Below, piece by piece: positions 17,691-36,572 of a stretch of 64,000 bases of DNA. The number at the start of each line of letters is the position of its first letter. Position 1 is the first letter of the stretch. The DNA is from the human T2T-CHM13v2.0 reference genome, Homo sapiens. A program made the translations under genes and the position numbers. The notes under the pieces are model-generated. The model searched no databases and had not been told where the DNA came from. It saw only the letters and a program-made list of their open reading frames with translations. The stretch lies in NCBI RefSeq assembly GCF_009914755.1, contig NC_060936.1; one strand, given 5' to 3'.

Positions 17691-18017
17691 TGAGTAGTTG
17701 GGATTACAGGCGCATGCCACCATGCCGGGTTAATTATTTGTATTTTAGTAGAGACCGGGTTTCACCATGTTACCTAGGCTGGTCTTGAACTCCTGAGCTC
17801 AGGCAATCCACCCGTCTCGACCTCCCAAAGTGCTAGGATTACAGGCGTGAGCCACCATGCCTGGCCTAATTTTTGTATTTTTGGTAGAGATGGGGTTTCA
17901 CCATATTGGTCAGGCTGGTCTCCAACTCCTGACCTCGTGATCCACCTGCCTCGGCCTCCCAAAGTGCTGGGATTACAGGCGTGAATCACGTGCCCAGCCT
18001 GATTTTTTTTATCTTTA

Positions 18018-18423
<406 letters not shown>

Positions 18424-18693
18424 TTACTAATTTTGTTTGGTTTGCTCTTCCTTTTCTACTTCTTTAAGATGTATTGTTAGGTTGTTTATGAATTTTTTCT
18501 ACTTTTTTGATGTGTAGGCACTTATAGATATAAACTGTTTTCAGCTTTTAATCATTACAAAGAGTTGCTGCAGAAGACATCCTTACTAACATGTATATTT
18601 TTCTTCTTAGGTGAAATTTGTAAATGTTGCATTTTTATACTAAAGAGCATAAATATTTTCAATTTTATTACAGATTTCTCTCCAATATTCTAA

Positions 18694-19011
<318 letters not shown>

Positions 19012-19214
19012 TGAGCCACTGCACCCGGCCTAATATCTGATTTTTAAAAGGCAATAATTAGCTTTGATGACAGGTAGTTTGTCTGATTTTGAGACTGGAC
19101 AATGACAAGGTTAAATTTCAACAATGGAAGCATGTACCCAAGTGTTTTGTCAGATACTTTGCATGGAAATGCCTGCAGTTTGGGAGACTGGTGTGTATTG
19201 AATGCTTCTTTTAG

Positions 19215-19422
19215 CACATTTCAGTTGGACTGCGATGCAGTTCTTCAGCTCTTCATTGAAACGCTGCTCCACAACACAAATGCCGGCCAAGGCCAGGGAG
19301 ATGCAAGCATGGACTCTGCAAAGCGGCGGCATCCCAAACTCCTGGCCAAAGCCCTTGAGATGGTTCCTTTACTGACGAGCACAAAAGATTTGGTCATCAG
19401 TCTTAGTGGAATACTACATAAG
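19215..19422 (+). CDS. KNTC1: KNTC1 coding exon (STFQLDCDAVLQLF...SGILHK)
   Basis: ttttag|C...AAG|gtagac; 208 nt. Confidence 0.94.
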
Positions 19423-21606
19423 GTAGACACACAGTGAAATGAATCGGGTCATCTCAGCCATCCCTCCCACCCTTAATAATTAGATACATTAGTAACAAAT
19501 TGGATGTATAAGTCTATATTTTTATCAACTTTTAATTTGAAATATTCTCTTGATTTCTATATTTTTAACACAGTTAAATACAATTTTCCCATTTTTCAAA
19601 ATAGAAATAGCTTTTCTTCCCCAGATTTTTGAAAACCTTACACATTCTTTGAATTTATATGAGCTAGAGAGAAATGTATAAATCAAAACAAGCAATTTCC
19701 CTATAACTCCACTCCCTAGAGATGAAGATGTTAATAGTGTGGTGTAGTAACTATCTTAAACTAAATATACTCTTCTGTGACCCTCTTTTTTCACTTAACA
19801 TATGGTCATTATATGTCATTACATACACATCTATCTCAAAAGAAACAATTTCTTTTTCATCTTTTTCATGGTCCTGCCGGAAATGTCTTTTTTCTTTTTC
19901 TTTTCTTTTTTTTTTTTTTTTTTGAGACAAGGTCTTGCTCTGTTGCCCAGGCTGGAGTGCAGTGGTATGAATGTGACTCACTACAGCCTCTATGTCCTGG
20001 GCTCAAGTGATACTCCAGCCTCAGCCTCCCGAATAGCTGGAATTACAGGTGTGCACCATCATGCCTGGCTCATTTTTGTATTTTTAGTAGAGATGGAATT
20101 TCACCATGTTGTCCAGGCTGGTTTCAAACTCCTGGCCTCAAGTGATCCTCCCACCTTGGCCTCCCAAAGTGCTAGGAATACAGAGGTGAGCCACGAGGCC
20201 CAGTGAACCGTCATTTTTGACAGATGCATAACTATTATTCCATTATATGGATAAAACATGCCGTATTTAACCAGGCTTTTATGGTTAGACATTTAAACTT
20301 TTTTTTTTTTATTTGAGATAGGGTCTCACTGTCACCCAGGCTGGAGTGCAGTGGTGTGAACATGGCTCATGGCAGCCTTGACCTCCTGGGCTCAAGTGAT
20401 CCTTCTACCTCAGCCTCCCAGATAGCTGGAACTGTAGGTGCATGCCGCCATACCCCAGTAATTTTTTTAATTTTTAAAATTTTTTAAATTAAAAAAAAAT
20501 TTTTTTTGTGCAGATGAATCTCACTGTGTTGTCTGGGTATGGCTGGGTAAATTTTATTATCATAAATTGTTATAATTAATATCTTCATACATATTTTTAT
20601 ACTTTTGTCTGATTTGTTTTTTAGTTTTTTTTAAGAGAAGGGGGTCTCACTATATTGCCCAGGTTGGCCTCTAACTCCTGGGCTCAAGTGATCGTCCTGT
20701 TCAGCCTCCTGAGTAGCTGGAACTACAGGGACTACACCTGGCTTCTGCTCAGTATTTGTTTAGGAGATCTTCTGATCTTCTGAGAATTGGAATGTTTGGT
20801 CAGGGGGTAGTTTAATGGAGAAATGAAGGTGAATGGCAGGGAAAAAAATTTTTTTTTTTTTTCTGAGATGGAGTTTTGCTCTTGTTGTCCAGGCTGGAGT
20901 CTAATGGCGCAGTCTCGGCTCGCTGTAGCCTCTGCCTCCTGGGTTCTCCTGCCTCAACCTTCCAACTAGCTGGGATTACAGGCATGCGCCACCACGTCCA
21001 GCTAATTTTTTATATTTAGCAGCAATAGGGTTTCATCATGTTGGTCAGGCTGGTCATGAACTCCTGACCTCAGGTGATCTACCTGCCTCAGCCTCCCAAA
21101 GTGCTGGAATTACAGGCATGAGCCACTGTGCCCAGCCTGGAAATAAAATTTTAAGCCTGAAATAAATATTTCAGTTTTATATTTTGCTTGCAATTCAGCC
21201 AAAAATTACATAGATTGCTCAAAATTTCTAGGTAACAATATTTCATCTTCCCACTTTGTTCAATGTTGTTTTTCACGCGACTTTTGTTGGCATTTAAAAA
21301 ATAGGCCAGCCTGGGGAACATAGTAAGAATTTGTCACTACAAAAAATTTTTTTAATTAGTTAGGCCTAGTAGTACGTGCCTGCAGTCCCAGCTATTTGGG
21401 AAGCTGAAGAGGGGAGGATTGCTTGAGCCCAGGAGGTCAAGGCTGCAGTGAGTTGTGATTGCACCACTGCACTCCAGCCTGGGTGACAGAGCGAGACTCT
21501 GTGTCAAAAATAAAAAGGAAAAAAGTAATGGTGTGTGGGTAGAAAGAAAGAACAAAGAGAAGACTTCCTTTTTTTGTTTTTGTTTTTGTTGTTGTTGTTG
21601 TTTTGA

Positions 21607-21714
<108 letters not shown>

Positions 21715-22147
21715 TAGTTGGGACTACAGGCACGCACTACCATGCCGGCTAATTTTTGTATTTTTAATAGAGACAGGATTTCGCCATGTTGGCCAGGCTG
21801 GTCTCAAATGCCTGACCTCAGGTGATCCACCTGCCTTAGCCTCCCAAAGTGTTGGGATTACAGGCATGAGCCACTGTACCCAGCCTGACTTCCTTTCTTT
21901 TTGTGTTAATATGTATATATGCCACACAATTAATTCTTGCACTATAGTATATAGTTAGAGCTAAAACAGAATCCTTTGAGAAACTTGCTTGGAGGCCCAC
22001 AGTTTTACTCATGTCATTTCTAAGAAAAGGATCAGTTTCTTTCTGTTCCAATTTTCCCATCGTAAATGAAAGAAAGGGAACTTTAATTTCAAAATCTTAT
22101 AAAATTTTGACCATACCCCTACCCTTTCTATGCTTTTAGTATCTTAA

Positions 22148-22450
<303 letters not shown>

Positions 22451-22543
22451 TAAAACAAGACTGCCTTGTGCAGCTTTTAAAAACAGCCTTTGATACCTTT
22501 TTTTAGCATGTATGTTTATCCTCACAGGTAATTTTAGAGGTGA

Positions 22544-22752
<209 letters not shown>

Positions 22753-23022
22753 TAGTAGAGACGGGGTTTCACCGTGTTTGCCAGGATGGTCTCGATCTCC
22801 TGACCTCGTGATCCACCCGCCTCGGCCTCCCAAAGTGCTAGGATTACAGGCGTGAGCCACCGTGCCCGGCCGATTGTAGCTCATTTTTAAGGGAGTAATT
22901 AATTTAACAATGTAGTGCAGTGACATTTTTATATTTGTAATCTGTGCTGATTATTGTAATTGAATAAAATTTCAACATGGCAAAGTCTTATCAAGTTTTG
23001 ATATATTTTTGTTTTTATACAG

Positions 23023-23112
23023 TTGGATCCTTATGACTATGAAATGATTGAAGTTGTCTTGAAAGTTATAGAACGAGCTGATGAAAAGATAACCAATATT
23101 AATATTAATCAG
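23023..23112 (+). CDS. KNTC1: KNTC1 coding exon (LDPYDYEMIEVVL...ININQ)
   Basis: atacag|TTG...CAG|gtataa; 90 nt. Confidence 0.93.
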
Positions 23113-24055
23113 GTATAACAAATATATCAAAGATGTAAAAATCATCTTTCTGCTTTTATTTGGATCATAAATCATATCATTATCCAGGGCCTTTCCAAAT
23201 TATCCATTGAATTCCCTTTAAACTCTGTGGTTTATTTTAGGTTTTTAAAAATCTTTACAAATCTTTAAAAAAAGAAAAAGATTTTCATGACATTCCTATT
23301 TTATCACTTATCTTCATCCTTTTTTTGCTGTTTTGAGGTGATTTAAATAACCTCTCCTGCTGTCGAAGAGTATGAAGTCACTACAGAACTAATTGTGAAG
23401 AATTAAGGAAACATTTGCCATGTAGGAAGTGAAAAAGGCCATGGGACTGAGAGTTAGGTCAGCTCTGTGTATTAATGGGTAGGTCCAAGACCTACTCAAT
23501 TATGTCTCAGTACTTTCATTAACTTCTTCATCGTTTCTGAATTTTGGTCATAGTGGCTTTTATACTTTTTAATTTGATTTTAGAAATTAATATTTTAGAA
23601 ATATTTTAATATTATGTTAATAAGACTTATTATATAAGAAAATATATCAATTCAAAAGATTATACAAAGTGTCCTAATATAAAATATAAACATAGGAAAG
23701 ATAAGAGCGTAGAGAATTTAGATCTGTAGCCTCTATATTTAAAATGAAATCAAGTATTTTGAATTATATCTCAAATTATTTGAAGAGCAGATAACTGTCA
23801 AGCTCTTATTTACAAAACATCTACCAACAACAGGGCACCAGTGGTTTCTCCTCATAGGATTCCTTTAATCATTGTATATAAATTATAGTTTAGATGAATA
23901 ATGTTAAAGAGAATACTAGAAAAGGTTTTGATCCTCTTTCTGAAAACAAGATGGTCTCAGGAATGGAAACTTTTGATGGTATACTATTAGATGATTTTAT
24001 GACAGTTTAGGATTGGGTTACTCTTACTGGACAAAAGTTTTTTATTTTAATATAG

Positions 24056-24227
24056 GCATTGAGTATTCTGAAACATTTGAAGTCATACAGAAGAATTTCT
24101 CCTCCCGTGGATCTAGAATATCAGTATATGTTGGAACATGTCATAACTTTGCCATCAGCTGCCCAAACTAGACTGCCTTTTCACCTGATATTCTTTGGCA
24201 CAGCACAGAACTTCTGGAAAATTCTCT
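24056..24227 (+). CDS. KNTC1: KNTC1 coding exon (ALSILKHLKSYRR...NFWKIL)
   Basis: atatag|GCA...CTCT|gtatgt; 172 nt. Confidence 0.93.
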
Positions 24228-24315
24228 GTATGTGTTCATTAACTTTTTATGAATTTTACTGGATAGCCAAATTTTTTTTCTTAAGCAAATCGTACTTTCC
24301 TTGTTTCCTTTCTAG

Positions 24316-24374
24316 CTACAGAACTCAGTGAAGAATCTTTCCCAACATTGCTCTTAATTTCGAAATTAATGAAG
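24316..24374 (+). CDS. KNTC1: KNTC1 coding exon (STELSEESFPTLLLISKLMK)
   Basis: ttctag|CT...AAG|gtaatg; 59 nt after an 88-nt intron. Confidence 0.92.
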
Positions 24375-24513
24375 GTAATGGGTTAAAACATTGTAAGACA
24401 TTTCTGTATCCTGCAATTAATTCTGACCCCGTATAGAAGATTTTTCTGCTGCTTTCATGTAAAACCTTATATGTGAATATGTGCTTCAGCCATAACCTTC
24501 CTTTTCTTTGAAG

Positions 24514-24730
24514 TTCTCTCTGGACACTCTGTACGTGTCTACAGCAAAACACGTTTTCGAAAAAAAACTGAAGCCAAAGCTCCTGAAGTTAACACAAGCT
24601 AAATCCTCAACACTGATTAACAAGGAAATAACTAAGATCACGCAGACCATCGAATCCTGCTTACTCTCTATAGTCAACCCAGAGTGGGCTGTAGCTATTG
24701 CCATCAGCCTTGCCCAGGATATCCCTGAAG
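24514..24730 (+). CDS. KNTC1: KNTC1 coding exon (FSLDTLYVSTAK...AQDIPE)
   Basis: ttgaag|TTC...GAAG|gtatga; 217 nt. Confidence 0.94.
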
Positions 24731-24950
24731 GTATGAGCTCTTCTTTTAAAATTGTAGTTAAAAAAAAAAAAAAAGTACTCTTTTTGCATCTTTAAGGAGA
24801 AGCAGGATGGTAGTTTTCAAATGTATTTGCTTGCTCTCTTAACTGTGGTGAATGCTGAAACGCTCAAGGGCAGTGGGCATGGGCAGGGAGGCAGGCAATT
24901 TCCAACTTGTCCTTGTGCCGCCTTTGGGGTGTGACCTTTGCTAGGAATAG

Positions 24951-25214
<264 letters not shown>

Positions 25215-26050
25215 TGATCCGCCCGCCTCGGCCTCCCAAAGTGCTGGGATTACAGGCGTGAGCCACTGCACCTGGCCCAATCGCACTTTCGATGAGGAAT
25301 CTTTAGATAGTCTCACATAACCAAACAGGTGCACAAGCATAGGCACTCACTGCTACATTTTTGGTTGTAACAAAAGTTGAAAGTGACTTTTTAAAAAATG
25401 CTCAGGTCAGGAACTGGTTAGAAAATAGGGTGTATTCATAGAACGAAATATTATGGGGCTGATTTGGAGAGATATCCAAGATATGAAGTGAGAACAGCAA
25501 ATTATACTAGAATATGTATGGTATTACCCATTAGGGTTAAGATGCACATGCATGCATGTGTGAACACAGACTGACACACACACACAGAAAACTCCTAAAG
25601 GCATATAAGAATTTAGAGAATAGGAATGGAATCTGATGAGAGGGCCCCGGTGGGCTTTTTTTTTTTTTTTTTTTTTTTTAACAGAGTCTTGCTCTATCGC
25701 CCAGTTTGGAGTGCAGTGGCGTGATCTTGGCTCACTGCAACCTCTGCCTCAGCCTCTCGAGTAGCTGGGACTACAGGCATGTGCCACCATGCCCAGCTAA
25801 TTTTTGTATTTTCAGTAGAGACAGGGTTCTTCCGTGTTGGCCAGGGTGGTCTCAAACTCCTGACCTCAGGTGATCCACTTGCCTTGGCCTCCCAAAGTGC
25901 TGGGATTACAAATATGAGCCACTGTGCCCAGCCATGAGTATGCATTTTTGTAATTTTTAAAAAGTTGCTAATTTGACCAAAATACATTTTCTTGAAAAGA
26001 TTAAGATTTGCCTGTAAATCTTTATTTATTTATTTATTTATTTATTTTAG

Positions 26051-26124
26051 GTTCCTTCAAGATATCTGCTTTGAAATTCTGCCTTTATTTAGCTGAGAGA
26101 TGGCTACAGAATATCCCATCGCAG
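26051..26124 (+). CDS. KNTC1: KNTC1 coding exon (GSFKISALKFCLYLAERWLQNIPSQ)
   Basis: ttttag|GT...CAG|gtgtgt; 74 nt. Confidence 0.92.
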
Positions 26125-26363
26125 GTGTGTCTGAACTATCAGATTGGCGGCTTCTCTTCTTCCTAATTAAATTGTACTAGCTTAATTTACCTTCTCATGC
26201 TGCCCTGGTGCCTAAAATGGAGAAGGAAGACCAAGGCTTTATGTAGATGCTTAGGAACATAACTGAGGAAGGGGGGAGGGATTGTGATTGATAAAGATGG
26301 ATGCTTGGCTTCAACTGAGGCTTACAAAGTAAGATTTTCTTTTTGCTTGGAATTGTTTAAAAG

Positions 26364-26574
26364 GACGAAAAACGTGAAAAAGCCGAGGCTTTGTTGAAGA
26401 AGCTTCATATCCAGTACCGGCGATCGGGCACAGAAGCTGTGCTCATAGCCCACAAGCTGAACACTGAGGAATATTTAAGAGTGATCGGAAAGCCAGCACA
26501 TCTTATTGTCAGTCTCTACGAACATCCTAGCATCAATCAAAGAATTCAGAATTCATCTGGCACAGATTATCCTG
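26364..26574 (+). CDS. KNTC1: KNTC1 coding exon (DEKREKAEALLKK...GTDYP)
   Basis: taaaag|GAC...CCTG|gtgagg; 211 nt. Confidence 0.93.
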
Positions 26575-26635
26575 GTGAGGACAAAACAATTTTTTTGTTG
26601 TCCAAGAAAAGCTATTATTTTGATTCTCAGTTTTA

Positions 26636-26731
26636 TGTATATATGTACGTGTACATATATATTACTTACATATGCTTATATATGTATATACTTATATGTG
26701 TATGTATGTGCATATATACACATACACATAT
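26636..26731. repeat. Degenerate (TA/TG/CA)n low-complexity tract
   Basis: Alternating purine-pyrimidine run in a 218-nt intron. Confidence 0.75.
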
Positions 26732-26792
26732 AAGTATTCAATATAAATATTTAAAACTTGAGTTTTTCTTTTCTTTATTTTGAATATCTTAG

Positions 26793-26902
26793 ATATTCAT
26801 GCAGCAGCTAAAGAAATAGCCGAAGTCAATGAAATTAATTTGGAAAAAGTCTGGGACATGTTGTTGGAAAAATGGCTATGCCCTTCAACAAAACCTGGTG
26901 AA
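26793..26902 (+). CDS. KNTC1: KNTC1 coding exon (DIHAAAKEIAEV...STKPGE)
   Basis: tcttag|AT...GAA|gtaagt; 110 nt. Confidence 0.93.
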
Positions 26903-26986
26903 GTAAGTACTTGCTGCCCAAGAGTATCTGTAGTTGAGTATGCACTGATGGCTTCTTCTCAAAGGCTAAATATTTATCCCACATGA

Positions 26987-27267
<281 letters not shown>

Positions 27268-27689
27268 TGATCCTCCTGCCTCAGCCTCTCAAAGTGCTGG
27301 GATTACAGGCGTGAGCCACCGCACCTGGCCTCTTTTGTTTGTTTTTTAAAGACAGAGTTTCGCTCTGTCACCCTGGCAAGTGCAATGGCACAATCATGGC
27401 TTACTGCAGACTCGAATTCCTAGGCTCAAGCAGTCCTCCCCACCTCAGCCTCCCGAGTAGCTGGGACTACACGTGTGCATCACCATGTGTGGCTAATGTT
27501 TTGTGTTTTTTTTTTGTTTGTTTGTTTTGTAGAGACAGGGTCTCTCACTTTGTTGGCTAGGCGGGTCTCAAACTCCTGGCCTCAAGTGATCCTCCCGCCT
27601 CGATTTCCCAAAATGCTGGGATTACAGGCATAAGCCACTGTGCCTGTCTGGAACTTTTGTTCATTATAGTACCCTCTGTTATCTGATAA

Positions 27690-28058
<369 letters not shown>

Positions 28059-28119
28059 TGATGATTTCAGATGCTGTCTTGTATGAAAGAAATGGCCTGT
28101 TCTTTTACTCAGATTCATG

Positions 28120-29410
<1,291 letters not shown>

Positions 29411-30280
29411 TTAAGAAATAGCATCATTAACAACTAAAATTTAAGATAGGATTCAGCAAATCCAGATCTTCTGTATCATTTCTTCTGAATTTTCAGGCAG
29501 AACTTGAGGTAGATTCTATAATTCCTATATCCACCTAGGCAGATATTCTTGGGGGAACAAAATCTATTTGTAAACAAATAGTGTAATATGACATTAGGGT
29601 TTTGTTTGTTTGTTTGAGATAGGGTCTCATTCAGCCACCCAGGCTAGAGCAGTGGCATGATCTCAGTTCACTACAGCCTCCGCCTCCCCGGCTCAAGTGA
29701 TTGTCATGCCTCAGTCTCCAGAGTAGCTGGGACTGCAGGTGTCCCAGCTACTTTTAAAAAATTACCTGTGCCCGGCTAATTTTTTTAGTATTTTTACTAG
29801 AGATGGGTTTTCGCCATGTTGCCCAGGCTGATCTCGAACTCCTGAGCTTAGGTGATTCACCCACCTCGGCCTCCCAAAGTGCTGGGATTACAGGTGTGAA
29901 CCACTGCACCTGGCCACCATTAGGTTTTTAATTAGCAATTTTTATATCATTTGGCATTTGATTCAACAAGGATTTTTAAAGTATTTACCAAGAGCATGGA
30001 CTGTGCTTCAGTGGAAACAGGAGTTAGAAACATCTTGGCCACGTAGAATATGTGGTTGACTTTTAGAAACCAGCCTTTACAGATGTTTTAACTTACATGT
30101 AAGTTCAAGGTACACACTAAAAGTTCCTTGAGGCCAGAAACTGCATGTATACATAGCACCTAGTACAGTACTTTGTAAATCCCAACAGATATATACTGAA
30201 TTAACAAATGGCTCATTTAAAATTCATGGAGTCTTTTCCTTTTACAAATTATCTAATACGGGGCTGGGCAAGGTAGCTCA

Positions 30281-30583
<303 letters not shown>

Positions 30584-30869
30584 TCAGCTCCAGGAGGACA
30601 GGAACATTTGCTTTATTTACTCAGGCAATCTATATACTTAGAATTGTGTCTATCATATAGTAAGTGCTCAGTGAATATTTGTTGAGTAAACAAATATGAG
30701 TAGACCCATCAGTTAAGCAAAAATCTTTTCATAATTTATGTTATAATTTTTCAATGTAAACATAATATCGTATATTAGGTTTTTTATCTAATAGATTTTC
30801 AGAGAGATGAATGTTTGTTTAGTCATAAACTTTTTCAGTTTTTGACCTTTTTTTCCTACCTTTTCAAAG

Positions 30870-30916
30870 AAACCATCAGAATTATTTGAACTTCAAGAAG
30901 ATGAAGCCCTACGAAG
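30870..30916 (+). CDS. KNTC1: KNTC1 coding exon (KPSELFELQEDEALR)
   Basis: tcaaag|AAA...GAAG|gtactc; 47 nt; phase fits both neighbours. Confidence 0.88.
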
Positions 30917-32307
30917 GTACTCTTTTCCTTTACTTATATTCACCTATATCGTGATGCAAAATAGAAATCTTACCAGTACATTTTTCAGCAGTTGATTTTT
31001 TTAAAGGGCTTTCTTGATAAAACTCAGGTCAGAGTCTATGAGATGAATCAGTTCACTAATACGTGGCTAGGAGTCTGCAGTGGAAAACATCAGAGCCAGC
31101 CAAGATCTAGAATTTCTGAACTCCTGCGAGGGCGAGGGTTCCTAGCACACCTTTAGCTGAAAGGTGCCTCTCAAGCAGAAGAAAACTCTTTCTTAGCTAG
31201 GACTTTGGCCCCAGACCCTTTTATGTTCTCTTACCATGCTAAACTGGGTTGGTTCAGATATGGGCCACCAGATTCTTTTTGCTCTTCTAACCTACGACTG
31301 AGGCCTAGAAAGGCACATTGATTTTATCTAATGTGCTAGATCTGATTGGTTATGGCTTGTATTCTTGAGAAGACTCTATCTGGGCTCAAGTCAGAACGAA
31401 TGTGGCAATCCATTAATGATGCCTGGCACAGGCATGGATAAGGGAGCATGGTGGTTCACATGCCAGCCAGCTTTTTGTCTTTCTAGCCTAAACCAAAAGT
31501 AAGCCAAGTGGCCTGGGGAGGCCCTATGTCCAGCCTCAGCCTTGGAGAGCTGATAGAAAAGATGTGGAAAGACAACCCCAAGAAACGGATTCCTTCTGGT
31601 TTGGAACAAGCAAAGCTGTCCTAATCACCCATACCATGCCCTCTTTCCCTCTGGACCCCCACCTTGGCCTCATTTAGTCTTTTAAGGGAAAGGCCACCTT
31701 TGTTCAAACAAGAAGTAGCTCCTGGTATGTCTACCTGAACTAGGCACGTGGAAGGTCTTGGAGGGAAGCGATTTAAAGAGGAGAGAAAAAGGAAATCCCA
31801 AAAGGCTACTTAATGCAAAATTCATAACGTGCTGCTTTTTCCACTAAAAGCTCTGCCCCACCCCTCCTCCAGCTGGCCTGATTCATCCTCCCTTCCCGGA
31901 GAGGGGCCAGCCTGCCCTGGGTCTAGAGGTTGAAATGGGCTGCTAACAAGGTCCTGCATACCAAACACAGAATTTCCCACGTGTAGCATTCAAGGGACTT
32001 TACAGCTACAGTTTGTATTAATTTCTTAAATAAAATTTAAGGGATCAGAGATTGACTAGCTATTCTATAGATGAGGAGGCTGAAGCCTGGCGTTTATTGT
32101 GTGTATTATCATCTTTAGCAATGAAAGAACTCAAGAAAAAGATTAAGCATTCTTTAAAGGGGGAAGCGCAAATGTCATTGACCCATTATCCTTCTGATCT
32201 GCCTTTGAGTTGTCTAATGACCGTTCCATGGATAGAAAGATAAGTCTGTTGTTTTGGTAATCCATCACTAAATTAAAAAATGACTGTAATTAAAATTTTT
32301 TTTCCAG

Positions 32308-32386
32308 AGTGCAGTATCTCCTCCTGTCTCGTCCAATTGATTATAGTTCAAGAATGCTGTTTGTATTTGCAACATCAACTACAACC
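32308..32386 (+). CDS. KNTC1: KNTC1 coding exon (RVQYLLLSRPIDYSSRMLFVFATSTTT)
   Basis: ttccag|A...ACC|gtaagc; 79 nt. Confidence 0.92.
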
Positions 32387-33004
32387 GTAAGCTCTAGAAA
32401 CTTAATCCAAACTCTTCTGTGCATCTCAGCTTAACATTTTTTTCCTGTTTATTTACCATGCTTGATTGCATTAACAGATGATTCAGATAATGCTCACGTA
32501 CATATGTATTCAAAGTCTGTCTCATCTCCTAAGCAAGCATTGTCTTGCACCATGCTCCATTTAGTTCTGGTCTCTGTAACATCTGCTTAGCGTGCTGAAT
32601 GGTGCACCTATTGACAGTTTCCACTGGCTGTCTGCATTCACAGTGGTTAACTCCCTGGTCAGTCCACATTCCTGAAGCCAGGAGCCAAACAAACTGTCCA
32701 CAAACAAGTCTCCACCAAGGCCTAATCTGGCTGCATGCTCTGGTCAGACCACCCCTTCTGCCCACTAAATTCTAGCTAGATTGAACTTGCAATTTCCCCT
32801 AACGGCAATATGACCTTTAGCTTCAGGTTCTTGCCTATAGAAATGTCCTCTGAGGCAGTTGGAGCAGAGAGAGGAGAAGGGGATGGAGCCAGTAGGCAAA
32901 TGATTCTCAGAGAAAAGGAAGAAAAGGAAGTCTGAGGTGCTGATTTTAAAGTCCGTGACAAAAAGGAAAAAGCCTCCCCTTATATTCTCTACATATAAAG
33001 ACTT

Positions 33005-34454
<1,450 letters not shown>

Positions 34455-34597
34455 TTACACACAGTGAGTTCCGTAACTGTAGAGATTGACTTTACATTTT
34501 AAAATAATGACGTTGTTTATGTTGCCTATGTTGAAACTCATTTACCCAACTACAATGTGCAGGTGTTCAACTCTCCAAACCTCTTTTGGTTTTTCAG

Positions 34598-34716
34598 ACA
34601 TTAGGTATGCATCAGTTAACTTTTGCCCATAGAACTCGAGCTCTTCAGTGTCTCTTCTATTTGGCTGACAAGGAAACTATAGAATCTCTCTTTAAAAAAC
34701 CCATTGAAGAAGTGAA
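34598..34716 (+). CDS. KNTC1: KNTC1 coding exon (TLGMHQLTFAHRTR...PIEEV)
   Basis: tttcag|ACA...GAA|gtaagt; 119 nt. Confidence 0.93.
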
Positions 34717-35111
34717 GTAAGTAGAAATGTTTAAATTGTATTAAGAAATAGGAAACAGATCATTTTTTGGAGCTGTACCTTTTAAGCCCTGAATTCAGAA
34801 GAGCATAGTAGAGTAGCTGTGTGAATACAGTTCTGTTGCCCTGAATATCCTTGACATTTTGGCAAAGGGAAAATAGGGCTTTGAGAACATCTTGTTTCCA
34901 TCGTTTCTTGGAGACATTTAGAAACTGAATGTTTTATTTATCTTGTTCAAATTGATTTCTATCTAATGTTATTATATATTCAGTGAATATATTTGGAAGT
35001 CCAAAATGGACATTTAAAACAAACTGGCCTAATATTTCCATATGGTAGTTTTTATTTTAAATGTAAATGTGGCCTATGAGAATGATTCTTAGAAACGTTT
35101 CTGTTTTCCAG

Positions 35112-35247
35112 ATCTTATTTGAGATGTATAACTTTTCTGGCATCATTTGAGACTTTGAATATCCCCATCACATATGAATTATTTTGCAGCAGTCCTAAAG
35201 AAGGAATGATTAAGGGTCTGTGGAAAAACCACAGCCACGAGTCCATG
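35112..35247 (+). CDS. KNTC1: KNTC1 coding exon (KSYLRCITFLAS...NHSHESM)
   Basis: ttccag|A...ATG|gtaggt; 136 nt. Confidence 0.93.
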
Positions 35248-36117
35248 GTAGGTACACCTCACTGCCCCATTCCCAATTCCCTGCCCCTACTCAGAATCCT
35301 GAAAGAGAAAACCAGGAACAGTCTTTTTGTTGTTGTTGTTGTTGGGGACAGAGTTTTGCTCTGTTGCCCAGGCTGGAGTACAGTGGTGTGATCTCAGCTC
35401 ACTGCAACCTCCATCTCCCGGGTTCAAGCCTCAGCCTCCCAAGTAGCTGGGATTATAGGCGCCCGCCCACCACACCTGGCTAATTTTTGTATTTTTAGTA
35501 GAGATGAGGTTTCACCATATTGGCCAGGCTGGTCTCGAACTCCTGACCTCAGGTGATCCACCCACCTGGGCCTCCCAAAGTACTGGGATTACAGGCATGA
35601 GCCACTGCACCCGACCCAGGAACAGTCTGTATCCCTGAGCAACTCTACTGCTCTGAGACCTTTCTACTCTCCTGTCACAGCGTGTGGATGGATAAGGCAG
35701 TGTGGAAGGTCCTTTTACCTCTTTTGCCTTAAAGTCCACCAGCTAAAGTCATCCCTGCCAACCAGAGAGAGCACTTTTATAATCTCTTCCACGGCTCATC
35801 TGTCCTTATCTGGACAGGGAGAGGAGACTGTCCGGTAGACAGAGGATGTCATTTCTCTTCCTCTTAGTTGCCTATGGGATTTAGCCTCTGAGTCAGTTGG
35901 AGGCTGGGGCAGGAAGGTTTTTTGGTCCAACAGGCAAACTTTTTCAATAGAAGAAAGAAAGGGGGAGACATCCGAGGTGGTGTCTGAGTCCATGACAGCA
36001 AGAAAAATAATCTTTTTTGTCATGTCTTTCATTAGAAAGATGGGGGTCTTCGATAGACATTCACAGATTAGAAGCATATTTTGTGGCCGGGCGCAGTGGC
36101 TCATGCCTGTAATCTCA

Positions 36118-36572
<455 letters not shown>

